Shown here piece by piece: positions 40,580 through 52,925 of a stretch of DNA of 64,000 bases. How positions within the stretch are numbered: position 1 is the first letter of the stretch; each line of letters begins with the position of its first letter. This DNA comes from Pristiophorus japonicus. Taxonomy: Eukaryota. Location of the stretch: positions 271,870,001-271,934,000 of the forward strand of contig NC_091979.1 in the NCBI RefSeq assembly GCF_044704955.1, read 5' to 3'. The notes below the pieces were generated by a model. That model worked only from the letters and a program-made list of their open reading frames with translations, was not told the DNA's origin and searched no databases. A program made the position numbers and the translations under genes.

Positions 40580-40808
40580 CAGACAGCCAATGTGGTGTAA
40601 GAATATTGGTGATCCATGACGTATACCCTTCCTTAAAAGAACAAATAAAGGATTCAACGTTGCATGGAGCTATGACCTCATTTATCTGTGGCACTTCTGG
40701 GTCCAGTTCACAGATTGGATTCAGAAAGACTACTCGTGGGAAGAAGGCACTCTGGCGAAGACACACACCATTTTTCATCAAGTGATTCCACAAATTTAAC
40801 GTTTTGGT
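40580..40808 (-). CDS. Internal coding exon of the same host gene (upstream exon)
   Basis: Acceptor cctcctcctactatcttctatAG and donor CTG|GTGAGT. 229 nt, phase 0 to 1, open: TKTLNLWNHLMKNGVCLRQSAFFPRVVFLNP...WITNILTPHWLS(G). Phase matches the exon at 38353-38573. Confidence 0.8.
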
Positions 40809-43169
40809 CTATAGAAGATAGTAGGAGGAGGTAAGTGAGCAATGTGGGTAGGGAGGTGGTATTGAATGTAAAGGAACACAAAAAAATAGGGCAATGAGCT
40901 ATTTAAAAAGGTGAGAAATCAACCATACATGCAATACAGAATTACAGGCAAAGTTAAGATTAAAACCACTAAGATATGAAGTAGAAACAAGAATAGGTAG
41001 CACAATGGGTGAGTGCACTCAGAACCAAGTTTGATTCCAATCCAGATTAATGGCAAGAAAATCTTCTGTTGGTTTCAATATTTCTACATGAAAAATGAAT
41101 TTGGGCATGCTCAATTCAGTTCCTAATGCATGTGGGTCCAAAGCACAAAATTGCCCCTGTTTGGCACTAAAATAGCAATTTAATTCAGAAATAGTAGCAT
41201 ATATAGTAAATGGAAATGTCATGTTGTTGCTCCTGAAATTAGTGCGACAGCATATTCTTGAAGTATAATAGAGGGAGCATAATTTTGCATTTAAGAACAT
41301 AAGAATTAGGAGCAGGAGTAGGCAATTTGGCCCCTCGAGCCTGCTCCGCCCTTTAATAAGATCATGGCTGATCTGATCTTGGGCCTAGCTCCACTTCCTT
41401 GCCTGCTCCCCATAACTCTTCATTCCCTTATCGCTCAAAAACCAGTCTACCGCCATCTTAAATATATTCAATGATCCACCTCCACGGCTCTTTGGGGCAG
41501 AGAATTTGACAGCTTTATGACCCTCAGAGAAGAAATTCCTCCTCCTCTCAGTTCTAAATGGGCGACCCCTTATTCTGAAACTATGCCCCCAAGTTCTAGA
41601 TTCCCCCACGAGTGGAAACATCCTTTCTGCATCCACCTTGTCGTGACCCCTCAGTATCTTATATGTTTCAATAAGATCACTTCTCATTCTTCTAAACTCC
41701 AATGAGTATAGGCCCAACCTACTCAACCTATCTTCATCTCCGGAATCAACATAGTGAACCTTCTCTGAACTGCCTCCAATCCTTAAATAAGGAGACCAAA
41801 ACTGTACGCAGTAGTCTAGGTATGGTCTCACCAATACCCTGTACAGCTGTAGCAGGACTTCTCTGCTTTTATACTTCCTCCCCCTTGCAATAAAGGCCAA
41901 CATTCCATTTGCCTTCCTCATTACTTCCTGTACTTGCATACTAACTTTTTGTGTTTCATGCACAAGGATCCCCAGGTCCCTCTGTACTGCAGCATTTTGT
42001 AATTTCTCTCCATTTAAATAATAATTTGCTTTTTTATTTTTCCTGCCAAAATGGATAACTTCACACTTTCCCACATTATATCCCATCTGCCAAATGTTTG
42101 CCCACTCACTTAGCCTGTCTATATCTGTTTGCAGATTTCTTGTATCCTCCTCACAACTTGCTTTCCTACTCATCTTTGTATCATCAGCAAACTTGGCTAC
42201 ATTACACTCGGTCCCTTTATCCATGTCATTAATATAGATTGTAAGAAGTTAGGGCCCAGCACCGATCCCTGTGTCGCCCCACTCGTTACAGTTTGCCAAC
42301 CTGAAAATGACCCATTTATCCCGATTCTCTGTTTTCTGTTAGTTAGTCAATTCTCTATCCATGCTAATATATTACCCCTGACCCCGTGAGTTCTGATCTT
42401 GTGCAGTAACCTTTTATGTGGCACCTTCTCGAAACCCTTCTGGAAGCCCAAATACACCACATCCACTGGTTCCCCCTTATCCACCTTGCTCATTACATCC
42501 TGAAAGAACTCCAGCAAATTTGCCAAACATGATTTCCCTTTCATAAAACCATGCTGACTCTGCTTGACTGAGTTATGCTTTTCCAAATGTCCTGCTACTG
42601 CTTCCTTAATAATGGACTCTAGCATTTTCCCAATGATAGATGTTAGGTTAATTGGTCGATAATTTCCTGCTTTCTGTCTGTCTCCTTTTTAAAATAGGGG
42701 CGTTATATTTGCGGTTTTCGAATCAGCCGGGACCTCTCCAGAATCCAGGGAATTTTGGTTGTTTACAACCAATGCATCCATACATAGAAACATACATAGA
42801 AAATAGGTGCAGGAGTAGGCCATTCGGCTCTTCGAGCCTGCACCACCATTCAATAAGATCATGGTTGATCATTCTCTTAGTACCCTTTTCCTGCTTTCTC
42901 TCCATACCCCTTGATCCCTTTAGCCGTAAGGGCCATATCTAACTCCCTCTTGAATATATCCAATGAACTGGCATCTCTGCGGCAGGGAATTCTACAGGTT
43001 AACAACTCTCTGAGTGAAGAAGTTTCTCCTCATCTCAGTCCTAAATGGCCTACCCCTTATCCTAAGATTGTGTCCGCTGGTTCTGGACTTTCTCAACATC
43101 GGGAACATTCTTCCCGCATCTAACCTGTCCTGTCCCGTCAGAATCTTATACGTTTCTATGAGATCTCCT

Positions 43170-44967
43170 TAGAAGATGAAAAGGGGGATTTAATAATGGG
43201 AAATGTGGAAACGGCTGAGACCTTAAACAATTATTTTGCTTCCGTCTTCACAGTGGAAGACACAAAAACCATGCCAAAAATTGCTGGTCATAGGAATGTG
43301 GGAAGGGAGGACCTTGAGATGATCACTATCACTAGGGAGGTAGTGCTGGACAGACTAATGGGACTGAAGGTAGACAAGTCCCCTGGTCCTGATGAAATGC
43401 ATCCCAGGGTATTAAAAGAGATGGCGGAAGTTATAGCAGATGCATTTGTTATAATCTACCAAAATTCTCTAGACTCTGGGGAGGTACCAGCGGATTGGAG
43501 AGCAGCTAATGTAACGCCTGTGTTTAAAAAAGGGGGCAGGCAAAAGGCAGGTAACTATAGGCCGGTTAGTTTAACATCTGTAGTGGGGAAAATGCTTGAA
43601 ACTATCATTAAGGAAGAAATAGCGGGACATCTGGATAGGAATAGTGCAATCAAGCAGACGCAGCATGGATTCATGAAAGGGAAATCATGTTTAACTAATT
43701 TACTGGAATTCTTTGAGGATACAACGAGCATGGTGGATAGAGGTGTACCGATGGATGTGGTGTATTTAGATTTCCAAAAGGCATTCGATAAGGTGCCACA
43801 CAAAAGGTTACTGCAGAAGATAAAGGTACACGGAGTCAGAGGAAATGAATTAGCATGGATAGAGAATTGGCTGGCGAACAGAAAGCAGAGAGTCGGGATA
43901 AATGGGTCCTTTTCCGGTTGGAAATCAGTGGTTAGTGGTGTGCCACAGGAATCAGTACTGGGACCACAACTGTTTACAATATACATAGATGACCTAGAAG
44001 AGGGGACAGAGTGTAGTGCAACAAAATTTGCAGATGACACTAAGATTAGTGGGAAAGCGGGTTGTGTAGAGGACTCAGAGAGACTGCAAGGAGATTTGGA
44101 TAGGTTAAGCGAATGGGCTCAGGTTTGGCAGATGGAATACAATGTCGGAAAGTGTGAGGTCATCCACCTTGGGAAAAAAAACAGTAAAAGGGAATATTAT
44201 TTGAATGGGGAGAAATTACAACATGCTGTGGTGCAGAGGGACCTGGGGGTCCTTGTGCATGAATCCCAAAAGGTTAGTTTGCAGGTGCAGCAGGTAATCA
44301 GGAAGGCAAATGGAATGTTGGCCTTCATTGTGAAAGGGATGGAGTACAAAAGCAGGGAGGTGTTGCTGCAACTGTATAAGGTATTGGTGAGGCCGCACCT
44401 GGAGTACTGCGTGCAGTTTTGGTCACCTTACTTAAGGAAGGATATACTAGCTTTGGAAGGGGTACAGAGACGATTCACTAGGCTGATTCCAGAAATGAGG
44501 GGGTTACCTTATGATGATAGATTGAGTAGACTGGGTCTTTACTTGTTGGAGTTCAGAAGGATGAGGGGTGATCTTATAGAAACATTTAAAATCATGAAAG
44601 GGATAGACAAGATAGAGGCAGAGAGGTTGTTTCCATTGGTGGGGGAGACTAGAACTAGGGGGCACAGCCTCAAAATACGGAGGAGCCAATTTAAAATCGA
44701 GTTGAGAAAGAATTTCTTCTCCCAGAGGGTTGTGAATCTGTGGAATTCTCTGCCCAAGGAAGCAGTTGAGGCTGGCTCATTGAATGTTTTCAAGTCAAAG
44801 ATAGATAGATTTTTAAGCAATAAGGGAATTAAGGGTTACGGGGAGAGGGCGGGTAAGTGGAGCTGAGTCCACGACCAGATCAGCCATGATCTTATTGAAT
44901 GGCGGAGCAGGCTCGAGGGGCTAGATGGCCTACTCCTGTTCCTAATTCTTATGTTCTTATGTTCTTA
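43170..44967 (+). mobile_element. Young 5'-truncated CR1 LINE (C)
   Basis: Uninterrupted RT ORF, 3' UTR and (TTCTTATG)n tail. Confidence 0.93.
43196..44866 (+). CDS. CR1 ORF2 reverse transcriptase portion (556 aa, no endonuclease)
   Basis: [38 protein letters not shown], and no stops. Confidence 0.85.
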   Translation: MGNVETAETLNNYFASVFTVEDTKTMPKIAGHRNVGREDLEMITITREVVLDRLMGLKVDKSPGPDEMHPRVLKEMAEVIADAFVIIYQNSLDSGEVPADWRAANVTPVFKKGGRQKAGNYRPVSLTSVVGKMLETIIKEEIAGHLDRNSAIKQTQHGFMKGKSCLTNLLEFFEDTTSMVDRGVPMDVVYLDFQKAFDKVPHKRLLQKIKVHGVRGNELAWIENWLANRKQRVGINGSFSGWKSVVSGVPQESVLGPQLFTIYIDDLEEGTECSATKFADDTKISGKAGCVEDSERLQGDLDRLSEWAQVWQMEYNVGKCEVIHLGKKNSKREYYLNGEKLQHAVVQRDLGVLVHESQKVSLQVQQVIRKANGMLAFIVKGMEYKSREVLLQLYKVLVRPHLEYCVQFWSPYLRKDILALEGVQRRFTRLIPEMRGLPYDDRLSRLGLYLLEFRRMRGDLIETFKIMKGIDKIEAERLFPLVGETRTRGHSLKIRRSQFKIELRKNFFSQRVVNLWNSLPKEAVEAGSLNVFKSKIDRFLSNKGIKGYGERAGKWS

Positions 44968-46414
44968 TCCTTCTAAACTCCAGTGTATAAAGGCCCAGTT
45001 GATCCAGTCTCTCCTCATATGTCAGTCCAGTCATCCCTGGAATCAATCTGGTGAACCTTCGCTGCACTCCCTCAATAGCAAGAACGTCCTTCCTCAGATT
45101 AGGAGACCAAAACTGAACACAATATTCCAGGTGAGGTCTCACCAAAGCCCTGTACAACTGCAGTAAGACCTCCCTGCTCCTGTACTCAAATCCCCTAGCT
45201 ATGAAGGCCAACATACCATTTGCCTTCTTCATCGCCTGCCTGCATGCCAACTTTCAATGACTGATGAACCATGACACCCAGATCTCATTGCACCTCCCCT
45301 TTTCCTAATCTGCCGCCATTCAGATAAATTCTGCCTTCGTGTTTTTGCCATCAAAGTGGATAACCTCACATTTATCCACATTATACTGCATCTGCCATGC
45401 ATTTGCCCACTCCCCTAACCTGTCCAAGTCACCCTGCAGCCTCTTAGCGTCCTCCTCACGGCTCACACTGCTACCCAGTTTAGTGTCACCTGCAAATTTG
45501 GAGATATTACACTCAATTCCTTCATCTAAAACATTAATGTATATTGTAAAGAGCTGGGGCCCCAGCACTGGGCCCTGCGGCACTCCACTAGTCACTGCCT
45601 GCCATTCTGAAAAGGTCCCGTTTATCCCGACTCTCTGCTTCCTGTCTGCCAACCAGTTCTCTATCCATGTCAGTACATTACCCCCAATACCATGTGCTTT
45701 GATTATGCACACCAATCTCTAGTGTGGGACCTTGTCAAAAGCCTTTTGAAAGTCCAAATACACCACATCCACTGGTTCTCCCTTGTCCATTCTGCTAGTT
45801 ACATCCTCAAAATATTCCAGAAGATTCGTGAAGCATGATTTCCCTTTCGTAAATCCATGCTGACTTGGTCCGATCCTGTCACCGCTTTCCAAATGCACTG
45901 CTATCTCTGCAGCCATTTCTTTTAAGACCCTAGGATGCAGGCCAGCAGGTCCAGGGGACATGTCCATCTTTTGTCGCATTATTTTACAGATTACTGTTTC
46001 TTTAGTGATAGTGATTGTTTTAAGTTCCTCACTCCCTATAGTCCCTTGACCATCTATTATTGGGATGTTTTTAGTGTCTTCTACCGTGAAGACCAATACA
46101 AAATATTTGTTCAAAGTCTCTGCCATTTCTCTGTTCCCCATTATTAGTTCCCCAGTCTTGTCCTCTAAGCGACCAATGGTTACTTTAGCCACTCTTTTCC
46201 TTTTTATGTACCTGTAGAAACTCTGTTTTTATATTTCTTGCTCGTTTACCTCATACTCTATCTTCCCTCTCTTAATTATTTTTTTAGTTGTCCTTGTCTG
46301 GTTTTTAAAAACTTCCCAATCCTCTGGTCTTCCACTAATCTTAACAACTTTGTATGCCATTGTTTTCAATTTGATACCATCCTTTACTTCCTTAGTTAGC
46401 CACAGATGGTTCTC

Positions 46415-46556
46415 CTAATAAGGGAATTAAGGGTTATGGGGAGCGGGCGGGTAAGTGGAGCTGAGTCCATGGCCAGATCAGCCATGACTTTGTTGAGTGA
46501 CGGAGCAGGCTCGAGATGCTAGATGGCCTACTCCTGTTGCTAATTCTTATGTTCTA
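46415..46556 (+). mobile_element. Very short CR1 3'-end insertion
   Basis: Matches the last approximately 140 bp of CR1 C. Confidence 0.8.
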
Positions 46557-48159
46557 TGTTCTCCCTTCTTTTAAAATCTTTCCTTCTCACTGGAATATAT
46601 TTTTGTTGAGAGTTATGAACTATCTCCTTAAATGTCTGCCACTGTTTATCAACCATCCCACACTTTAATCTATTTTCACAGTCCACTTTAGCCGACTCTG
46701 CCTTCATACCTTTGTAATTGCTTTTATTTAAGATCAGGACACTGGTTTGAGATCCAACTTTCTCACCCTCCAACTGAATTTGAAATTCAACCATGCTATG
46801 ATCACTCTTTCCTAGAGGATCCTTTATTATGAGATAATTTATTAATCCTCTCATTACACAGTACCAGATCCAATATAGCCTGATCCCTGGTTGGTTCCGC
46901 AGAGTACTGTTTAAGGAAACCATCTCGGATGAACTCTTCTCCAAGGCTGTCTTGGCCAATTTCATTTGTCCAATTAATATGAAGATTAAAATCGCCCATG
47001 ATTATTGCTGTACCTTTCTTACAAGCCTCCATTATTTCTTGATTTATACTCCCTCCAACAGTGTAGCTACTGTTAGGGGGGCTATAGACTATGCTCACCA
47101 ATGAATTCATCCCCGCATTATTTCTTATCTCCACCCAAACTAATTCTACATCATGATCTTCTGAGCCAATATAATTTCTCATTACTGCACTGATCCCATT
47201 CTTTATTAACAGAGCTATCCCACCTCCTTTTCCTTTCTGTCTATCCTTCTGAATTGTCAAATACCCTTGAATATTCAGTTCCCAGCCTTGGTTACCTTGC
47301 AACCACGTTTCGATGCTATACCTGATCTGGAACTGCCTGAAGGTGGCATTGGCCACATGAAATGGGGAAGGTGTTCAATTTCCAGCATTAACATCTCTCA
47401 TTTTGACCAGCAATAAGAAGATAACAATAGAGATGTTACTGATTTAAAAAAAATAAACCATTTATGCTTTATAAAAGGGTATCTCATTCAGCATTAGTGG
47501 ATAGTCAGCAAAGCATGAACCTGAGTTTTAAGAGATCAAGTTCAAAATAGACTATGTAATGTAGTAAAGGCAACACTAAATGAGAGCAGAACTGCCAAAA
47601 GCCTCAGTGGCTCACATCACAGTAAAAACATGTCATGACTATATGAATCATTGAAGTTCACAGAATCAGTTCTGGCATCGGAATTCCTGAATAAATAATG
47701 AACCTAGCTGTTTGGATAGGATGCTGAAGGCTATAAATATCTTTTTTATTTTTGCAGAATAATATCATAAATATTAATTACATGCGGTTATCTATTTTTT
47801 GGTGGGGAATGTTATGAGCAGTGGATGTTTTCATTTTGCACGCAGCAGCAGCACAATATATACATGAATGTGTTATTCTGTGTATACTACTTCATGATGT
47901 GCCAAAACACACCATTCAATTAAAGGACACAAATTATACTTCCCGATGGCTTCTTGAGTTCATCTGATGAATAGCTGAGCATTACAGAGCAGCTAAACCA
48001 CTAGCCTACATTCATCCCCAGCCAGCCAATCAGTACCAGTGTAAGTGGGGATTGTGATCAGGTTCCCCAGATTATGGGAGCAGATGCAGTGGAATAATCA
48101 GGAATGCCTACAAGAGCAGGAGAGAAGCAGGATAGCCAGAATCACAGTTTGTAATGAGA

Positions 48160-48400
48160 GAGCAACCAGGAACAGGAGACGCAGAATAATTGAAAGCAGG
48201 AGAGCCACCAGGAGGGGAGGAAATGGCAGCGCACAAGCCACCAAGAATAGGAATAGGAATGGCAACACAAGAGTCACCAGGAACTGGAATGGAATTGGCA
48301 GCGCAAGAGCCACCAGAAGCAGTTATACGAAACACAACATTAGATGATGTGCTCGTAGAAGAACTACCAGGAGCAGGAGAATTGTCACCATAAACAGCAG
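48160..48400 (+). repeat. Degenerate ~36-bp purine-rich tandem repeat
   Basis: Reads as 12-aa units MAAHKPPRIGIG / MATQESPGTGME / LAAQEPPEA. Confidence 0.45.
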
Positions 48401-50256
48401 AAGCAGGGGAGAAATCTGATGCAGCACAGCAAACAGGAACATGAGGAATTGTTAGCAGAAACTGGCAGGAGTGGGAGAGCTAATGACAGAACCTGCAAAA
48501 GCTGTATAACCAGCAGGATGGGAGAGACAGATCAGGAGCTCAGGAAAGCCAGCAGGCCGGGAGTGATTTAAAGCCAGTAGACAAGAGCTAGAGATGTTGT
48601 AGCAACGAGATAGAAGGGTTTAGGATGACAGTGCAGCTAGAGGGCTAGCAGTAGCGGGAGATAGCACAAGAATGCAAGGCATAGTAGGTTTTTACTGAAA
48701 AATGCCTGGTTAAATCTTGTAGAACTTCTGTATTACGCAGGAACTTGATTATAAAAGCTGACTGTAATTCGTGCACCTTTCGTGCTCCGAATTCTTGTGT
48801 GTCTCTCGCTGCCACTGGCACTTTACATGCACTGCCATCCTGCTGCTGCTGGCTCTTTAGCTGCATTGCTGTCCTGCTACTGCAGCAAGGAATGAATTCG
48901 ATCAGCTCGGTGATCGAGGCAAACACATGATAGCATTTATAGCAGCTAAAAAGTGAGTATATATTTACCAGCAAGAATTATAAAGTGGAGATATGCCCTA
49001 TATTCACATATACACTCTATTACACCAGTCAAAGAACCCCAGAGAAAATCTTCATAAAGACATTGGTGATGTCGCTATATATAGGACCAGTGGCATTCTT
49101 ACAAGTGTTATTTATCAGAATGTGCTTTTATGATTAGAGCCTTATTAGAACTCAGGCTGAATATATCACGAGGGCATAATTGGCTTGAACCTTTTTGTAA
49201 CATAATAAAATACACTTCCTAAAAATTAATTCTCTGTAAATTCATAATTATTATATAAGAAAAATCGAAGTATGCTTTAAATTATGATTTCTTAATTCAA
49301 GAATTCAAGATAGCCATCGCGTAAACTAAAAAAATATCTGTGAACAGAGTGTGATAGACTCAACTGGAGTCCCACCCTAACTCTTGTGACCCTCAGAACT
49401 TTCCCTACCCATAAGCTTGACAGCTGGCAACAAGTCAGTCTGTACCTGCCCACAGTGAAGCAAAGAAGACATTTGTGCACCCCCAGTACCAACACTGGGA
49501 AAGTACTTTCCTCCCCTGCTCTCCCTGAGTCAGTGATTATGGCAGAATATTTCAATTGTCTTGGTGACGTTAAAAGGGAATAAGCAACCATAAAAATAAC
49601 TTTCATGTGACAAGATCAGGGATCAGGTCATAGCACATGACTGACATACGGAGAGAGGCATGTGTACAAGTAAGATTTCCAAGATTCTTTCAAGAGACAA
49701 TTTTCATTATGTTTGTTTTGAAGCTGTAACACAGAGTCCTGAGCACTACTGCATATATTGGATTTCAGTCTAATTTTAGTATCTAAACTACATTACTTGG
49801 AAACCACTTTGCATTCATTGGAACCAAGGTAGCAATAACAACATGCAAAAGAATCAAGATACAAGACATGGTGAAGCACTGACAGCTATATTATCAAATT
49901 AATTAACTCTTTGCAATCCAGAACTGCCTTCATTCACCTGCCATAATTAAAAATTCCAGGGCCACATATTCCTGTTTGAGGATTTTATTGAAAAAGTAGA
50001 TGAATAAAAAAAATGGAATGCCAGTAGAAAGTATTAATGGACCATTTGTCTGCCTTTAGATTTTTGCACCACAGATTAACAGACATGTGCATGAGTAAAA
50101 GGTAATTTTTACTAGTTAAGATCCTGTTAAAGATTACTCATGAGGAATGTGTAGAGCATTAAGCAGTTCCTTTATTTATTCAGTTAAAATTATTTAGTGA
50201 GGCCACATTTAACCTATATAAAGGTATATTTTCTAGTTGCTATCATTGGTGCTGTC

Positions 50257-50863
50257 AGAGTAGAATTGACACTCGGGGGTCAGGAAATTCACTGAGAGCT
50301 GAGTTCGCCCGTACAAAGTTCACCCGTACAAAACAAAAGATGGGGATTAAAAGATGGACTAAAAATTGGTTTAGATCCATTTTCGTGTGAAGAATGGTCA
50401 GCAGGCGCACCAGGAGCTGCACAACCAATTTGGGCACAGGCAGCCCTGACGTAAGTCCTCGGAGGATAACAGGAAGGGGGAAAGAAGAATGCAAGGATAA
50501 CTTCTAAGAGAACTAGGCTTTCCTCGTCAGTCTGGCTCCTGATACCTCTCATACAGCCACAAACAGGAGTAAAGAGTAGGTACAGCAAGGCTTTATCAAA
50601 CAAACTACAGGCATCTTGAAGAGGCACTTCAGATAATTTGCAGATTCGAGGGCATCTTACAATATAGCTCTATCAGGATCTTCAAGATGATCATAATCTG
50701 CAGAATGTTCCACAATTCTCCCATACAAAAAGGGCATAAGCATGAAAAAGATGGTCACAAAAGAAACCCATCCAGAGCAAGATGAAGGAAAGAAACCAGA
50801 AGAGGTTCCTACTGAACCAATTTTTACAGCAGCAAGAGCCATGCAGCTAGCTCTAATTGGGAT
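50257..50863 (+). pseudogene. Old Harbinger remnant (transposase C-terminus), interrupted by Gypsy 3
   Basis: Hand translation WLLIPLIQPQTGVKSRYSKA, IKQTTGILKRHFR*, LQYSSIRIFKMIIICRMFHN, acidic tail, ARAMQLALI. Left boundary approximate. Confidence 0.7.
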
Positions 50864-52925
50864 TGTTCTGTATGTATAATATAAGTATATACCCTGTACA
50901 CTCAATGTACATATGCATAAGACCACTGGATGTATCTTCACACTGTATACACTATGCTTGTACCACCAGAGGGTGCAACTGGTGGAGACCTAGGGGTCAC
51001 CTATACACTACAGGTAACCAAGTACAAAAGGGAGCTCACCATACTGTACCCTCACTCAGGAGCTGCAATAAATGGACTAAGGTCACCACAGTTCAAGTAC
51101 AATATCTTGCATCATGGGAGTCATTACTAGAGTGCTTACAGATACAATAACTGGCGACGAGATTACGAATTTCCACGTGAAAAATGGCTAATCTTGGCAA
51201 CTTTCAATAATTCGCCAATGGGGAAGATTGGGATGCCTTTGTGGAAAGCCTCGAACAATTTTTCATTGCGAGCGACCTGGCGGGAGACACACCAACCTCG
51301 CTGGCTGATAAGTGCAGAGCTATCCTGCTCAGCAGTTGTGGACCCACCATCTATGGCCTTGTCAGGGACTTGCTAGCCCCAGAGAAGACAACAACCAAAA
51401 CATATGTGGAGCTCATAACGATGATACAGGAACAGCTCAAACCTAAAGAGAGCATCCTCACAGTCAGACACCGGTTCTACACACACTGGCGGCCCAAAGG
51501 CCAAGAAATTGCAAAATATGCTGCAGACCTCAGACGATTGGCTGCACCGTGTGATTTAGGTGACCACCTCACCGAAGCTCTTTGGGACATCTTCGTTATT
51601 AGAATTGGCCACGAGGGCCTTCTCCACAGGCTGCTTTCTGCAAAAGCTTCTATAGATATGCGAAGAGAAAAAGATTAGTGAAGACAAACGTAGGTCCCTT
51701 GCAGTCAGATTCAGGTGAATTTATAATGGGGAACAAAGAAATGGCAGACCAGTTGAACAAATACTTTGGTTCTGTCTTCACGAAGGAAGACACAAATAAC
51801 CTTCTGGAAATACTAGGGGACCGAGGGTTTAGTGAGAAGGAGGAACTGAAGGAAATCCTTATTAGGCATGAAACTGTGTTGGGGAAATTGATGGGATTGA
51901 CCGATTAATCCCCGGGGCCTAATACTCTGCATCCCAGAGTAGTTAAGGAAATGGCCCTAGAAATAATGGGTGCATTGGTGATCATTTTCCAACAGTCTAT
52001 CGACTCTGGATCAGTTCCTATGGACTGGAGGGTGGCTAATGTAACACCACTTTTTAAAAAGGGAGAGAGAGAAAGCGGGTAATTATAGACCGGTTAGCCT
52101 GAGTAGTGGGGAAAATGTTGGAATCAATTATTAAAGATGAAATAGCGCATTTGGAAAGCAGTGACAGGATCGGTCAAAGTCAGCATGGATTTATGAAAGG
52201 GAAATTGTGCTTGACAAATTTTCTAGAATTTTTTGACGATGTAACTAGTAGAGTGGACAAGGGAGAACCAGTGGATGTGGTGTATTTGGACTTTCAAAAG
52301 GCTTTTGACAAGGTGCCACACAAGAGATTGGTGTGCAAAATTAAAGCACATGGTATTGGGGGTAATATACTGATGTGGATAGAGAACTGGTTGGCAGACA
52401 GGATGCAGAGAGTCGGGATAAACGGGTCCTTTTCAGAATGGCAGGCAGTGACCAGTGGGGTGCCGCAGGGTTCAGTGCTCGGATCCTAGCTATTTACAAT
52501 ATACATTAATGATTTAGATGAAGGAGTTGAGTGTAATATCTCCAAGTTTGCAGATGACACTAAACTGGGTGGCGGTGTGAGCTGTGAGGCGGACGCTAAG
52601 AGGCTGCAGGTGAATTGGACAGGTAAGGTGAGTGGGCAAATGCATTGCAGATGCAGTATAATGTGGATAAATGTGAGGTTATCCACTTTGGGGGCAAAAA
52701 CACGAAGGCAGAATATTATCTGAATGGCGGCAGACTAGGAAAAGGAGGTGCAACGAGACCTGGGTGTCATGGTACATCAATCATTGAAAGTTGGCATGCA
52801 GCTACAGCAGGCGGTGAAGAAGGCAAATGGTATGTTGGCCTTCATAGCTAGGGGATTTGAGTATAGGAGTAGGGAGGTCTCACTGCAGTTGTACAGGGCC
52901 TTGGTGAGGCCTCACCTGGAATATT

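Larger units (their letters stand above)
42781..45900 (-). mobile_element. CR1 LINE (B) nested in A, split by C
   Basis: Segments 42781-43169 and 44968-45900 are contiguous CR1 sequence (ctatgagatctcct|atccttctaaac), with an (ACATAGAA) tail. Confidence 0.88.
41291..47315 (-). mobile_element. Long CR1 LINE (A) including endonuclease remnant, split by nested CR1s
   Basis: Segments 41291-42780, 45901-46412 and 46557-47315 join (aatgcatcca|ctatctctgc). APE motifs ETWL, KGGGIAL, IMGDFN, GKSDH. AAGAACAT tail at 41293. Confidence 0.88.
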
